Source: Takakia lepidozioides
Taxonomy: Eukaryota > Plantae > Bryophyta
Length of the DNA: 64,000 nucleotides
Direction of reading: 5' to 3'
Assembly (NCBI GenBank): GCA_030704615.1
Contig: CM060732.1
Location: 63,054,001-63,118,000, forward strand
Positions 24,132-37,369 of this stretch are shown in pieces. The first letter of the stretch is position 1. Each line of letters opens with the position of its first letter. Below the pieces are notes generated by a model. The model worked only from the letters and a program-made list of their open reading frames with translations, made no database searches and was not told the origin of the DNA. Position numbers and translations under genes: made by a program.

Positions 24132-24779
24132 GTTCCACTCCACCCCATGCGCCGACTTATCATATTTTGATTAGCTTAAGGCAGTAGATATATTCGCTTA
24201 AAATAAGTAGCTTCTCCCATGCGGGCCCACACAAGCGGATATATGGTTGCTGTATAGTCATCCGAGGAAATACATCCCGTTTCTTAATTTTTTGAAGATC
24301 CATCCAGGCTTAGAAAATTATATTATTGTTATTGTGGGCTCACGATTTCCCGCTCACTGCTCACCACTCACGGCTTAGCGTCCCTTGTAATCAAAACTAG
24401 TATAGAGACAAAACAATCAAGTTAATCTATAAAAGCAATCACATTATAAGCCTCACTGAATAAAACAAATCTTGGTAAGCTACCTTCTCAATCCTGAGCT
24501 AATTTTTCTCACTCAGGGTGATTGAGTGCATGCTGACATCTGTAACATGCCTACAACAGGAAATGTTCATCACTCTCAAACAGGGGCAACCACTGGCAAT
24601 TGCTGCCACCCCGGCATTGCCGACGTTTTGAGACTTGCCAGTTCACCCAACCACTTTGTCAGAACTCTATCATCGGCCCCCTTCTTGCAAGTTTATGAGT
24701 TAGTATACTGTGCACTGCCCATATATTGTCATTCTCAATACCGAACCACCTGTTCAAGAACAACTTTAAAACTGAGGGG

Positions 24780-25500
24780 AATTTACAAAAAGATTTGTCT
24801 CCTCCATGTAGCAAAAGGTTTTGGCAATGCTTGGAAGTGTGGCCACCAACCTGTATACATCATATTGCTCTCGTAGGTTGCAGCAACTGCTCCCAGTGTA
24901 TGCAAGTCCCTCATCAGTGATGGGTTTAAACAAAAGCCCAACTTCAAAAACCTAAGGGTTGTGCGTCTTGCAATGACTTCAATCCTGCAGCATACAGACA
25001 TAATCAAAAGAGGAGGTCAAGTATCTAATTTACTGCTATGTATAGGATGAACCATCATGCTGGAAACTGCCCGGAAGCCTATTCAGATCACTTAGCAAGA
25101 AGTACATGAGACACTCAAGATCTCTTCCAATGCCAAGAGCTGAAGCCCTGAACACAGTTCACTATTCCTCATCCCGTATTTTCTCAATTTCATGGCTATT
25201 GCAATCCACTGTCCTGTTGTTCATAAACCATGGCTCCAATTAGACAGTAGGACAAACGTCAAACACAAACTACATTTATAACTATCTCCACTGTAACAGT
25301 TCTTGAAGACCATGCTCTAAAACAGGTCAATTGCCAATAGACTATGATGTTGTTGAATCATTGCAGTGCATGAGATCACATCATTCTTTGACATTTTGTC
25401 AAAGACTTGACGAGCATCCACCATCCCACACCTGCAATATATACCGACAAGGGCAGTCCAATCCACTTACTGAAGCATGACAACTCGAATCTTAGGAATC
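24780..25500 (-). pseudogene. Highly degenerate PPR gene relic
   Basis: Minus strand near 25355-25460 reads TALVGIYCRCGMVDARQVFDKMSKNDVISCTAMI, a typical PLS motif; the boundaries are approximate. Confidence 0.6.
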
Positions 25501-27386
25501 ATGACTTTGTGTTATGCTTCCTAACTCATGTCAAGAATCCCACATGGGTGTGTCCGTAGGCATGATTTTCTACCATAATACACACATTAGGTTGTTGCCC
25601 AAACCTCTAGTTATTGGTTCATGACAATGGACCGCGCTGAATGAATCTATAATAGTTCACATGACTACTCCTCACGACAGACTGTCATACAATGTACTTA
25701 TACACGACAATAAGAACATCTGTCTAGATCAAAGACACATGGAAGAGCAACTTATTTGCCAACTAGCGGGCGTTCTCTTTCTTCATTCCAAATGCTCAAC
25801 TTCACATTCTCAGAATGAAAGTAAATCTCAGGTATCTCAAGTTGCTTCCAATCTAGCTTACTACATGCTTATCCATACTGCCGCTATCATCCGCCATCAT
25901 CAGCTGGTGCCCTTAAATGTCTCTTAAAAATTCTGCATTGCCTAAACTCTATGTATGGCTGTGAGTATGACAGGAATGAACTCTACACTCCAGATTCCCA
26001 GCTCATCCCAATCCAACGCCTATGCTCTGGAATTTCCAGCGCTCAGTTTTACTTCATAACTCCCTAATCAAAATCACCCAAAGACTCATTGAGTTATACA
26101 CTGCAAAATGAGTACATAAAAACAGGTTTGAGCAGCCCCACAATATTGAGGGTGTTCTACCAAGATAGACAGCTTTTGTGGAGCCAACCAATGCTAGATA
26201 TTTGGATAGGTGCTGCCCTAACTGACATTGTGGTACTAATTGCTACGCAAAATTCAGAAGAGAAACTACTTCTCTACAAGAAGTATAAACTTATCCAAAT
26301 TCATCATAATACATGTCTGGAATCAAATGACTTCCATCTATAAACTGAACATACGAAAAGAGAAGGAGACTAGCCTCATCAGTTGAACAGTACAAGTTTG
26401 TGAGTTTGAAATGGAAGCTCGAATAACAATGGACTAAATTGAAGAAGGTCACATGTGAGAAAATCGTCGATTAGCTTTAACAATTCTGCCGCAAGAGCCT
26501 AGAAACAAGAAGCGCGGCATCTCCAACAATGCAATGTTGGGGACCTCCTTTCCATTAGTTTATTTTTCGCCAAATTCTAAACTTTGCCGATTTCATAAAC
26601 CCAAAATATGGATGGAGGTGTGGGACGGAGCTGATCCGCATTATGCGTAAGGCAAGGCAACGTTCACCCGTCGCTTCTCCTCCCTCAACTCAATAATGTT
26701 TCCTGACTGTCTCCATGGCCTCCAAAGGCCAAGCATACTATCCACACGACCTTCGTTGACTTCTTGATCCACTGTTCAAATGTTTCTTTAGGATTTCTCC
26801 GAAATGCTGCCTCAACCCCGAGGGCAGGTGATAAAAGAGGCCGGCGAAAGCAATAGTGTTGCAAGAAAAAAGACAGTATGTATAGTCAACCCTAAAGAAA
26901 AAATGAGGAAGAACTTCTACCACGCTGCTAAAAGAATCTGAAGAGAAGGCAATAACAACAAGGACAGCAGGAAATGATAAAATGAGAACTTTGAATGCGC
27001 ACACTGATAAGGCTACTCCATGGTGTGCAACAAAAAGAAAACACAAGGGGGACAACAAGAGAGCAAAGAGTTACGGTGGTGACACCAACCTGTGAAAACA
27101 CTTTGATGGAGGGAACATCTGAGTTGTTTCTCGAGATTGTCCTCTGCAGTTTACAAACTTTGGGCGAGGTCGATATGAAGAGGACTGAACCGTTCAAGCG
27201 ACATGAATAGTGCAGCAAAACGTCTCGCATGTGAAGCGTCCCCTTCCGCCTGTGTGTACGCACTGGTAAGACAGATAATGAGGCAATATGTGTGTATAAT
27301 GAGGAGGCATGTGAACACATACAAGACTGTATGATGGCAAAGTCATGATGCGATGGATATATTTCTTGCATTCATGGGGCATGCAC

Positions 27387-30300
27387 TGTCGTGCACCTCA
27401 CTTTGGTAAGCTCCCCCCTCAAGTCATAGTTACTCGCTTGATGCGAGCGCCTAACTCCCAACCTGGCCGCCGGGCCAACTTGGAGCTTCGGCTGCTCACC
27501 GGGACATAACGGTCCCCCCCCCTGATCTCCCAAAGAACCCTCCAACGATTTAGAACCAGCGGAATTCCCTTTGATAGTTGGCAGTCCGGAACAGCTCCCC
27601 ACTCTTTGGTCGCTTTCCGGCTCGCTCGCTTACTCACTAGCTTTTGGTCACCAACGGGCTTGCACCGTTCTCGGGGTTACTACTCCCTATATATACTTCT
27701 GTAGCTGTCCGCGGGGGTTTCACAAACAACCATGTCATTTTATGGCGAACCACCACGAACACCCTCGACTCCCGGTGATGAGTCGCGGTGAGTCTTGGCC
27801 CACTCACCACGGCCCCTATGGACCGTGATGAGTTTAAAGACTCCCCACGACTCCCACCACGAGGTCTCCACCCCAGGATGAGTCGTATGCCACCCCCACT
27901 AAGTCCCGCTAAGCTACCACCACCCCTTATGGAGCCACCCCACCGCAACCCGGTGTGCAGGGCTTCACCTAGTGAGCGCCTCCGCCTCCTTGAGTGCTTT
28001 GGGCACTCAAGGGTGCTTCAGCCCCCCATACCTATCGCTGCCACTGCCCCCACCACAGGGGCAACCCCTCTTGTGTCCCGACCCCCTACCCTCAAGGCAA
28101 AGGGCTGCGACACACACCCCTACCAATAGGGAGTCGATGTCCTCATCGGCTTGTACATTTTGTGGAAACAAACATCCAAGTTGTGGCGTCCCACATCAAG
28201 GAGTTTGTTTCCGTACCATGGCGTCCCATGGCAAAGAACCAAACCCCACACTTGACTCTACTCTCCACTAGCTAGTTCGGCCGACTTCCTCCAAGTCCCG
28301 CCCAGGGGTGGAGCCTCTCAAGCTCCTCCCATTGCACTCTTCTTGGCCTACTTCAAGGCCAAGGAACGATCCTCCCCGAGGATCGAATCGCCTTACTACA
28401 ACAACATTGCTTGCGACCGCTCATGATGCCGCTTTTGGCATCACCTTGAGCAAGGGTTCACCTCGAACCCTCTTTGACTAGGAAGATAACCTTGAACCAA
28501 CTGCGCGCCCCAATCACTACAATTGGGTCCGCCTTGGAATGCTAGCCTGAGGTACAGGAACACGCCGAAGCCGCACTACGACTTCTTCCCGAGGCTACAC
28601 GATTATAGTACGTGAACGGAAGCACGTAGCTTCCGCGTTAGCCCGCACTACAAAGCAACCCCCTCGGTAGCACAATTATAGTATGCGTACGCGCCAGGTG
28701 CGCACTAGCACGTGAACTCCTAAAGAAGGCGTAAGTTTTCTTGCCCCTTTGGATGGAAGTCACCCGATTTCGGCACTGCGCAAACACACGAATAACCCAA
28801 TTTACCTCTCCCACTTTTGTAAGCTAGCATGCATTCTACACACTAGCCAACCACACCATGCATCACCATTCCAAACAAAATAGGACGCACAACATTTGGA
28901 ACCCATTTCCTTTATAACAAATTTTTGTACAATACAAGTTTTTGCAATCGGATTCCTAAGCTAGCTAAGCCGGGCTAAGCATGCATTTCCTCCCCCACGC
29001 TCCAAGGTTGATGTCCCCATCAACGCTTTTTCCGTTTTTGAGGTCGCCCTTCGAAAACTGCAACCGCCTCGGATGCGTTTCCCATTTCTGAGGCACGCAC
29101 CCAAGATGCTTCCACATGATGATAGCCCTTCCATTTGAGGAGATACTCCGTTTCTCGGTTCTTGAACCTCCTCGACTTAAGTACTGCCTCCACCTCATAC
29201 TCAGGTTCATTTTCATGATCCAACAGCACAGGTGGCGGACGCAACACTTGATGCCGATTCGGACGCGCTTCATCTTTGAAGTAAGGCTTCAAAAGGGAGA
29301 CGTGGAATACTGGATGCACCTTGCTGTTTGCCGGCAGCTCCAATTCATACACATCCTCATTTATAACCTTCCGGATGCGAAAGGGTCCCGCATATGGAGG
29401 TACGAACTTTGGACTCACTTCCGGAGATAGTTGAAAATTCTTGATGTTCAACCAGACCTCCGTGCCTGCCTCAAACTTCACTTCCCTCCGCTTCCGATTC
29501 GTCTGCCTTTCATACCGTTTCCTAGCTTTGGCAATGTTGTACTTTGCGAGCTTCAACAAACGCTCGCGTTCTTCCAGTACCGCCGCTACTGCTGGTTCCT
29601 CAACGTCCTGGGCGGCCCAACTTGTCGGCACCAGAGGTGCTTTTCCATAGACCAATACGAAAGGGGAAACTCCCGTTGCGGAGTGTTCTGTGTTATTATA
29701 ACAGAACTCTGCCGCGTCTAAGTGTTCCACCCAGTCTGTTTGGTCTGCCGAACGTAATTCTGCAAGATCTGCTTCACTACGGAATTCATTCTTCCGTTTG
29801 GCCGTTGGTCGTAGGTCGGAAGGCGGTGCTCATCTTCAGCCTCATCCCCATCTTCTTCCAAAGTGCCCTCCAAAATTTACTCGTAAACTTTGGATCGCGG
29901 TCCGAGACAATATCCTTCGGGACTCCATGATGCTTTAAGACGTGGGCGAAGTAAAGTCGCTCTGTTTCCTGTGCCGTTGCTGTCTCCTTGGTGGGGATGA
30001 AATGGCCCATTTTACTGAACCTATCCACCACCACCATGATTGCATCGAATCTTTTTGACAGCGGCATAGCAGTCATGAAATCCATTGAGACGTTTTCCAA
30101 AGTCCCCTCTGGAATCGGCAAGGGTTGTAACAGCCCCGCTTGCTTTTTGTACTCGCTCCGGTTTTGTTGGCATGTGGTGCATGTCTTGACATACTCCTCT
30201 GCCTCCTTTTTTCTTTCGAAGCACCGGGTGCCGCCTTGACTTGTGAAGGCCCTCCCTTCGATTTCCACGTGCCATTGTCGCCGCGTGGCCTATCCCACTT

Positions 30301-31959
30301 CTTTTCCGGTCGGAAGGAGTCACCTTCCTGCCGGGTCTTCTTGTGGTTCAGCTCCGTACGGCCTTGTCTTTCACCCTTAGGGACATCCGAGAAACATTCA
30401 GCCCTCTCAATTGCCTTGTTCAAAGTCTTAGGTGGCTTCTCCTCCAACTTCCGCCTGGCCCATTGGGCTAGTCCCGCCACAAAGTTGAAGACCATTTCTG
30501 GTTCTGCCATGTCCGCGACTTCGAGCAACAACACATTGAAAGCCTGGACATATCCCCGAATGTCATCTGTTTGCTTCAAATTCCTCATCTTGTCCCGGGC
30601 GAGCCAGGACGCGTTGAGGGGCACAAACTACCTCTTCATCAATTCCTTGAACCCACTCCAGTTCATGGTTTCCGGGCTTGGACCTCGGTCGTGAAGGCGT
30701 TTCTGCCACCATTGTTGAGCATAGCCCCTCAAATAGGTGGGAGCCATTTCCACCCGATCCTCGTCACTCAACTTGGCCGCCCGGAAGTACTGCTCCAGCT
30801 CCAAGATCCAGGTGTTGAGTGCCTTCTGATTTCGGACGCCCTCGAAGGTGCCGGGTTCCTTCGGCTTCACCTTAAACTTTGCCTTAGTGGAAGTGGTATT
30901 AGCCGCCTTCAACACGTCTTTCAACGTCCCGCCAAATTGCGCCAACAACCCTTCCCAAAAGGCTGCCGGCATGGGAGACATCTGTTGGTCGGTCGGAGCT
31001 CTCAAGGATTCCTCAGGCTCCGACTCCTCAGATTCCTCCCGCTCTTGAGCGGCCTCGTTTTCGGAAACATGCATCGCTTCTTCAAACGGCCGCCTCGGTG
31101 ACCCGTCGCCCCCATCGGGCTCACCATGATCATCATCTTTTGGGCCGTTCCGCTTTCGCTTTGGCTTGCCCGACCCCATGATGAGGCCAATCCCAAGGAC
31201 GATCGCGTACTGAACTCTAAGCTCTGATACCAAGTGTCGCGCACCTCACTTCGGTAAGCTCGCACCTGAAGTCATAGTTTCTCGCTTGATGCGCGCGCCT
31301 AACTCCCAACCTGGCCGTCGGGCCAACTTGGAGCTTCGACTGCTCACCGGGACATAACGGTCCCCCCCCTGATCTCCCAAAGAACCCTCCAACGATTTAG
31401 AACCAGCGGAATTCCCTTTGGTAGTTGGCAGTCCAGAACAGCTCCCCACTCTTTGGTCGCTTTCCGGCTCGCTCGCTTACTCACTAGCTTTTGGTCACCA
31501 ACGGGCTTGCACCGTTCTCGGGGTTACTACTCCCTATATATACTTCTGTAGCTGTCCGCGGGGGTTTAACAAATAACCATGCCATTTATGGCGAACCACC
31601 ACGAACACCCTCGACTCCCGGTGATGAGTCGCGGTGAGTCTTGGCCCACTCACCACGGCCCCTATGGATCGTGATGAGCCCCAAGACTCCCCACGACTCC
31701 CACCACGAGGTCTCCGCCCCAGGGTGAGTCCTATGCCACCCCCACTAAGTCTCGCTAAGCTACCACCACCCCTTGTGGAGCCACCCCCACCGCAACCCGG
31801 TGTGCGGGGCTCCACCTAGTGAGCGCCTCCGCCTCCTTGAGTGCTTTGGGCACTCAAGGGTGCTTCAGCACCCCATACCTATCGCTGCCACTGCCCCCAC
31901 CACAGGGGCAGCCCCTCTTGTGTCCCGACCCCCTGCCCTCAAGGCAAAGGGCCGCGACA
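27387..31959 (-). mobile_element. Chromovirus (Galadriel-like Ty3/Gypsy) LTR retrotransposon, internally deleted for PR-RT-RH
   Basis: LTRs 27387-28112 and 31235-31959 (TG...CA), TSD TGCAC, PBS TGGTATCAGAGC at 31221-31232, gag (about 30215-31179) joined directly to the integrase core, chromodomain EYEVEAVL...EYLLKWKGY...SW. Confidence 0.93.
31221..31232 (-). promoter_or_regulatory. tRNA-iMet primer binding site
   Basis: gctctgatacca on plus, 2 nt from the 5' LTR. Confidence 0.9.
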
Positions 31960-32685
31960 TGCACGATGGATGCGTGCAATACCAATGTGTGGCAGTATTT
32001 TTGCGAGCAAGGACCCGGAGGGGGCGGCGGGTTGAGCGGGAGTGGGGGTGCCTGGTGGCGACCGCAGGCCGTGGCGCAGCCACAAGGGGGGCGAGGCGGA
32101 GGGCGGGGTGGGGCCACGTAGGCAGGCCCGCTGAGGCAACAATTCAACTCCGGGCCTCATATATCACTTGCCAATATCAGTTTCAGAAATTGTGTCAAAG
32201 GAGGCTGAGATGGATCCTACATGAACCTGTAAGAGCATGACCAATAGTGGCGCGGTAAACAGACACGCCAACGGCATTATACTAGCCAATTTTTGGCCCG
32301 GAGCCCATATAGTAGTGTGGCAGCTAGCCCTGCCACCTACCGCACCACCTGTCAACACATGTGAGCGAGAATGCCCGGATAAGGCGTTGCCGTGGGGGGG
32401 TTTGGGGGACGGCAACGGAATTCTAGATGCCGTGCTTGAATGCGGATTTGTGAGCCGGCACTATAAGGAGTGGGGTGGTGCTGCTGGGGACGCGGGGAGA
32501 GCCTTGAAACCGCCGGCCACGGCAGAATGGAGTTGGCGCGTCTGAAATGGCCGCTGCTAGCCATGCTCTAACTTACATTGTACAAAGGTCCCTGGAGTTC
32601 AATGCACTGACATTGCACCAGTGATTGCCCCGCCATGGTGGCGGTTATTGTCCGTGATGGCGGACCGATCGGACTGCTGCTTGTA

Positions 32686-33549
32686 CCGTAGGTTCATAGC
32701 AGATTAGGCACAAATTAAATTTAAAAAAAAACTCCTAAGCAAATCTGTGATTTTTCAAGATTTATGCCTAAAAGGTTGGAAATATAATATGAAAGTGCCT
32801 AATTCAGTAAAACTTTGTAAGAAAATCCTACTCTATATATTGAAAATAAAAACAAATGCCTCCATAACTCTTCAAAAAGTATAGGCCAACTCCCTAGGTC
32901 CATACAACCTCCAAAGACCTTCCAATGATAAGTACTAAGTACAGAATCAAGCATTACATAAGAGGATTTCCAAGTTAGCAAGATAAGTACTAAGGTACGC
33001 AATTATTATTGTAGATTAAGGTGTGGGTATCGTGTTGTCACCGCCTTTTGTAGTTGGATTTCTCTCTCACTCTCAAATGTCACTCCTTAATTCCATCTCC
33101 TAGGCCAACCACTTGTCGGGGTCGTTCCAATGACAGAGCAAAAAATTGAAGCACAATTTGAGCCCATTACCTTATGATGTCGTGGTGAGTGTGTTTGGGG
33201 GATTTAGCCTGCGGGCTAAAAGTTGCGCCTGACCTAAGCTTGGCCCAGGCTGGGTTCCTCCAGTGTTAGCCATCTCCACATTTGCGCCCATATCGTCTAG
33301 TGGGCTCTCGGACGCCATCTCCATTAGAAAGGACTTTTTTTAGGGTTTGTCTTGGGGAAGAAGAGAGAGGGTACATGAGACCTGTGGGGATGGAGGGAGA
33401 AGTTCCAAGTGATGAAAGGTGCCTAACACCAAATATTATGGATGAAAAGTGTCTAATTTACATAAATCTTTTTTAAAGTGCCTAAAAAGAATATTCTAAA
33501 TTTAATAATTGTTAGGCACTAGGGTGCTTAATCTGCTATGAACCTACGG
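32686..33549. mobile_element. Non-autonomous Tc1/mariner-superfamily element (MITE), 864 bp
   Basis: 26-bp TIRs ccgtaggttcatagcagatta(g/a)gcac with one mismatch, TA on both sides, no transposase ORF. Confidence 0.85.
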
Positions 33550-34235
33550 TATATGCGGTATCACCCCCTCTAGGCTCTCCGTAGTACGTACGTACCTACA
33601 TATGTACAGTCTATCACCTTTTTCGCTGTAAGTAGCACGGTCGCTTTGCATTGACGCGGTCAGTCAAGTGTGTTGTGAGGCACTGCGACTGCAGGATTCC
33701 CCGGCCAGTTACTGGCGAGTGTGCATGCGGCTGACTAGGCTAGTACAGCAGATAATAAGCGGGAAGCATGTACAAGGGGCAAAGCTCGTCCACGATCGCA
33801 TTCGCTCCTTCAAGTGGCGTTGCAATGCACACTTGGGATCGTCATGTCTCATCCATTCCTTGGAAAGGACGCTGAAGACGGTGGGTGGGTGTCTGCGCTG
33901 AGGCAAACCCTGAGGTCTGAACTTGCATCTGCACTTTTTACTCCGGGCCGCTCTGAATGCAGAAAGGTGATGGTTTCTGCATTACGTGGTGGCTGATCGC
34001 CTCATCGCTTTTCAAGGGCTTCTAATTGGCTTCATGTGCAGCGAACCGTGTCTAGAGGGGGAACCTTATTAGTATACTGACGTGGGTGGGTGGCAGACTG
34101 AGTGTCGGATTCTCACCTTTGAATCAAGTTCCCGATCGCTCTGATCGTACACCAAGCACTTGCTTCTCGATACGAACGTGGGCTTGTGGGAAGCGGTCGT
34201 CGTCGTATTTGAGGGTCCCCTTTCTTCCGGTTGTA

Positions 34236-35288
34236 ATGGCTCACTATTTCGAGCTGGAGGATCTTCTTTTAGCGATGTCATCTCGCTCTCCAAGTTATTT
34301 TGTCATGGATCTGGAACGGGTTGATGTAAGCTACGATGATAAGCGGTCGCTGTACAGATTTCCTTCGCAGAAAGATGAAAGCCGCGATCACGACATTCGA
34401 TCGGCGGTTCTCCTTTCAATTACTTCCTCCGTCGTGGCGTCTGTAGACGTGCGCCTACCGGCTTACAGGAATCCACATTGCGAAGCGGAGTTGCAGGAGT
34501 TCTGCAGAGGCCTGCACTCCAAACAGACTTTACGATATCTGACGATCAAATTGGATTCGTGCTATAAGGTCGACGCAGACGGACAATTGAGTATGGTACA
34601 TCACGTCGCAGAGATGCTTCGCGTGAACAAATTTCTAGAATGTCTTGATATTTGTGGGATATCCATCCACACAGAGTCAGCCAAGCTCTTGGCTGCCGCT
34701 TTGCGTGTAAATCGTACCCTGCAAACTTTGCGTTTGAATACATGGGGCGGATCGGCAGAGGGAGTGCAAATGTTGGTGGCTCCTTTGGTGGCCACAGATC
34801 CCTTAGGCTCCAACTCTGTGCTGCAGACGTTCGGGATGGGGTGCCATTTCGGGTATAAGAGCGTCGAAGATGGCGAGGCAGCCAAGCACCTGGCAGCGAT
34901 GTTGTGTGGCAACTCTTCCTTGTTGAAGCTTGACTTTTCCAACTATTGGGATATGACGTCGGAGGGCGGTGCTGCGATCGGCAGGGCTTTGGGCGTCGAC
35001 ACCACCCTTACAAACCTGAACATGTCCGGCTGCGGGATTGGGGCGGATGGTGTGGAGGCGATAGCACAGCATCTCGCACACCACAATTCTTCTCTCACAT
35101 GGCTTAGAGTTGGTCAAACTTGGCGTAAAGAGATTGAGGGAAGCAAGGCAGCCAACGCATTGGCCAACATGTTTCGATCCAACTCCACGTTGACGCATGT
35201 GGATGTGTCACATAATCCCTTTACCGAAGAAGGTTTTGTGGAGCTCTTCAAATATCTGCCCACCAACACGTCTTTGACATACCTTTGA
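34236..35288 (+). CDS. Ribonuclease-inhibitor-type LRR region (TORNADO1/NLRC3-like repeats), first exon of a chimeric locus; probable frameshift at about 35284
   Basis: Repeats of the form L..N.(T/S)L..L.L (LRVNKFLECLDI, LRVNRTLQTLRL, LCGNSSLLKLDF, NSTLTHVDVSHN, NTSLTYL). First ATG at 34236. Removing one T continues the repeat as LTYLDLSWCKGV. Confidence 0.8.
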   Translation: MAHYFELEDLLLAMSSRSPSYFVMDLERVDVSYDDKRSLYRFPSQKDESRDHDIRSAVLLSITSSVVASVDVRLPAYRNPHCEAELQEFCRGLHSKQTLRYLTIKLDSCYKVDADGQLSMVHHVAEMLRVNKFLECLDICGISIHTESAKLLAAALRVNRTLQTLRLNTWGGSAEGVQMLVAPLVATDPLGSNSVLQTFGMGCHFGYKSVEDGEAAKHLAAMLCGNSSLLKLDFSNYWDMTSEGGAAIGRALGVDTTLTNLNMSGCGIGADGVEAIAQHLAHHNSSLTWLRVGQTWRKEIEGSKAANALANMFRSNSTLTHVDVSHNPFTEEGFVELFKYLPTNTSLTYL

Positions 35289-35960
35289 TCTTTCTTGGTG
35301 CAAGGGTGTCGCCGGGGACTGGGCGTTGGCAGAAATCGCTGTTTCTAATAGTAGTGAACGTAGAGCACACAAGTTTATCCCGTTGCGCAGGGTTGTATAG
35401 AGGACCGAGGTGGGAGCGGCGCATGGCGTTACAAGGAATGATGAGGGCCGTGAGTCCGGAGGCAGCCCGCGTGTTGACTTACGGCGTCGCTGGTACTCAA
35501 CCACACTTTCTCTTTCTCATACTACACTCATCCTGTTTTGCTTTTCCATGTATTGAGGACGCCGAACGTAATGTAACAAGTAACTCCGCGGAATAATGCT
35601 AAAGTCTTGACCTCCAACGCGGAATGCAATGTCAAAGTGAGACTGAAAAACTCCGCGGATGTTTGGTTCCATACAGTTGGCCAACTAGAATCCATTTCAG
35701 GTGTGGTTTCCGTTGTCTTCTACTCAAGGATTCTTGGACAGAATTGTTGAGTGGATTTTGCTAATTCTCACTATTTCCTTTCAACATCTAGGTGGATAAG
35801 ATCGAGGACTAGGAGCTAGGCTCCGAAATCTGCCTTCGCATTCCAAATGCAACACAAGATAAAGAACTCCAGCGAAAGTGAGAATCTCTTTTGACTGCCT
35901 AATCTTCTTGTTCAATGAATAGGCTAGCAAAGCATAGTATTCAAGTGAGAAGCAATGTAA

Positions 35961-36246
35961 TTTTTGCTGCAACCTCCTGCCAAAGTCGTCCACAGCTTGG
36001 AGGTTGGAATATCTAACATCTGCACTATGAGATACGAGTAGAACACGCACTGTTCCTTCCAGGTCCTCTGGCAGCCACTTCACTGGCCAGGAGAGTTCAT
36101 GATTGTCACGATGAACCCATGTGTGCTTTGAAACGCTGCTTTCCTCTCCAAACTGGAGTCCATGGAAAAAGATGACATCCAGGGTGGTTTCCCGATCATC
36201 GTTAGGGGGTGGCCACACTTGTTGAACGAGGTAAACCTCGGCAAAA
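35961..36246 (-). pseudogene. N-terminal exon of a SERAC1-like alpha/beta-hydrolase domain, inverted relative to the rest of the gene
   Basis: VWPPP...LDVIFFHGLQ...TW...WPVKWLPEDL...RVLLVS is the conserved start of this hydrolase family. Confidence 0.8.
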
Positions 36247-37369
36247 TGAAAGAGATCTACAGTCAGAAGTGTTGTATAGTTTCCAAAACATTGATTCAAA
36301 GCTTTAAGAGTACTCTTTTAATTGCCAAAAGAAAAAATCTAGTGAGCTTGCAATGTGTCTTTGTCAACATGTGTCCACAATATTGTTTGAAGCAATGCAT
36401 ACATATGTTACCGTATCCAGAGTCTAAAACCATGTTGCAAAAAACAATGAGTTGTTTCAGAACAGAACTAGAGATGTGGTAAGCACAGTTGCAGAGATAT
36501 GATGAGCTCGCTTGTGAGTCTACAGTGAAAAGAAATATCTTTTCATGAAAGCTACTTAATGATGTATGATGTACTTTATTAACATCGGAACGTACAGGAG
36601 TCACTCCACGATCTTTGGCAGTGAAAGGTGCTCATAACATATTTGAATAACTAGAACCCTCTGACCCATCAGTTAGAGATGCCGGACAAGTAGGGGTACC
36701 TCATGACAAAAGAAAGGAACTTTGCGACAAGGACCTCTTCCAGACACACTCACTTGCACCTACGACCTAGCCTAACATACACCGATCGTAGACAATACCA
36801 TTTTGTACCCCCAAGGAGTGACGAAGAGACCTCATACCACATGTTTTTGGTCCCTGTTGCTGCTTTCGACCTTTTCTCAACCATAGTCATTAACCCCTGC
36901 ACGGATACACACCTCTTGTTACTCTCAACCGGAGAAGCTGTTGGTACCTTGCAAGAGTTGGTGAAAAGTCGAGATCCTAGGATTTCACATGAGAAAGTGA
37001 CCTTTGCGGTGATGGGTGGTGTGATTCTCTGTGATCTCTCGTTCTACAACACTCTTGGTTGATTATAGTTGACTGCTAAATGCAAAAAGTGCGGATTAGT
37101 TCTGTATTCTGAATAACGCACCCTCAATCTACCCTCAACTTTTGAAGGTAGTCATGCACAAAACTCATTTTTGAGGACAGGCACTCCCACACCGGTTGCA
37201 TTGCACTCAAATACCAAGTCTTAGGTTACAGGTGGAGAGATGAACTGTCTGATGGAATATTCTTATCATTTTCAGAACAAGATCTGGAAATGTCTATGCA
37301 CATTTTGGTGTCCAAGATCAAAATCTGATATTAGTTGATCCTGTTCGCTTGCGGTTCATTTGCTTCCAG

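Noticed and set aside
27419-28275. Multiple Pro/Gly-rich ORFs, repeated at 31246-32240, 58273-58910 and 62484-62990
   Set aside because: Chance ORFs in GC-rich LTR sequence, with frames not conserved between LTR copies.
31965-32680. GC-rich block with short palindromes and several ORFs
   Set aside because: No recognisable protein motif or termini; probably an unclassified repeat.
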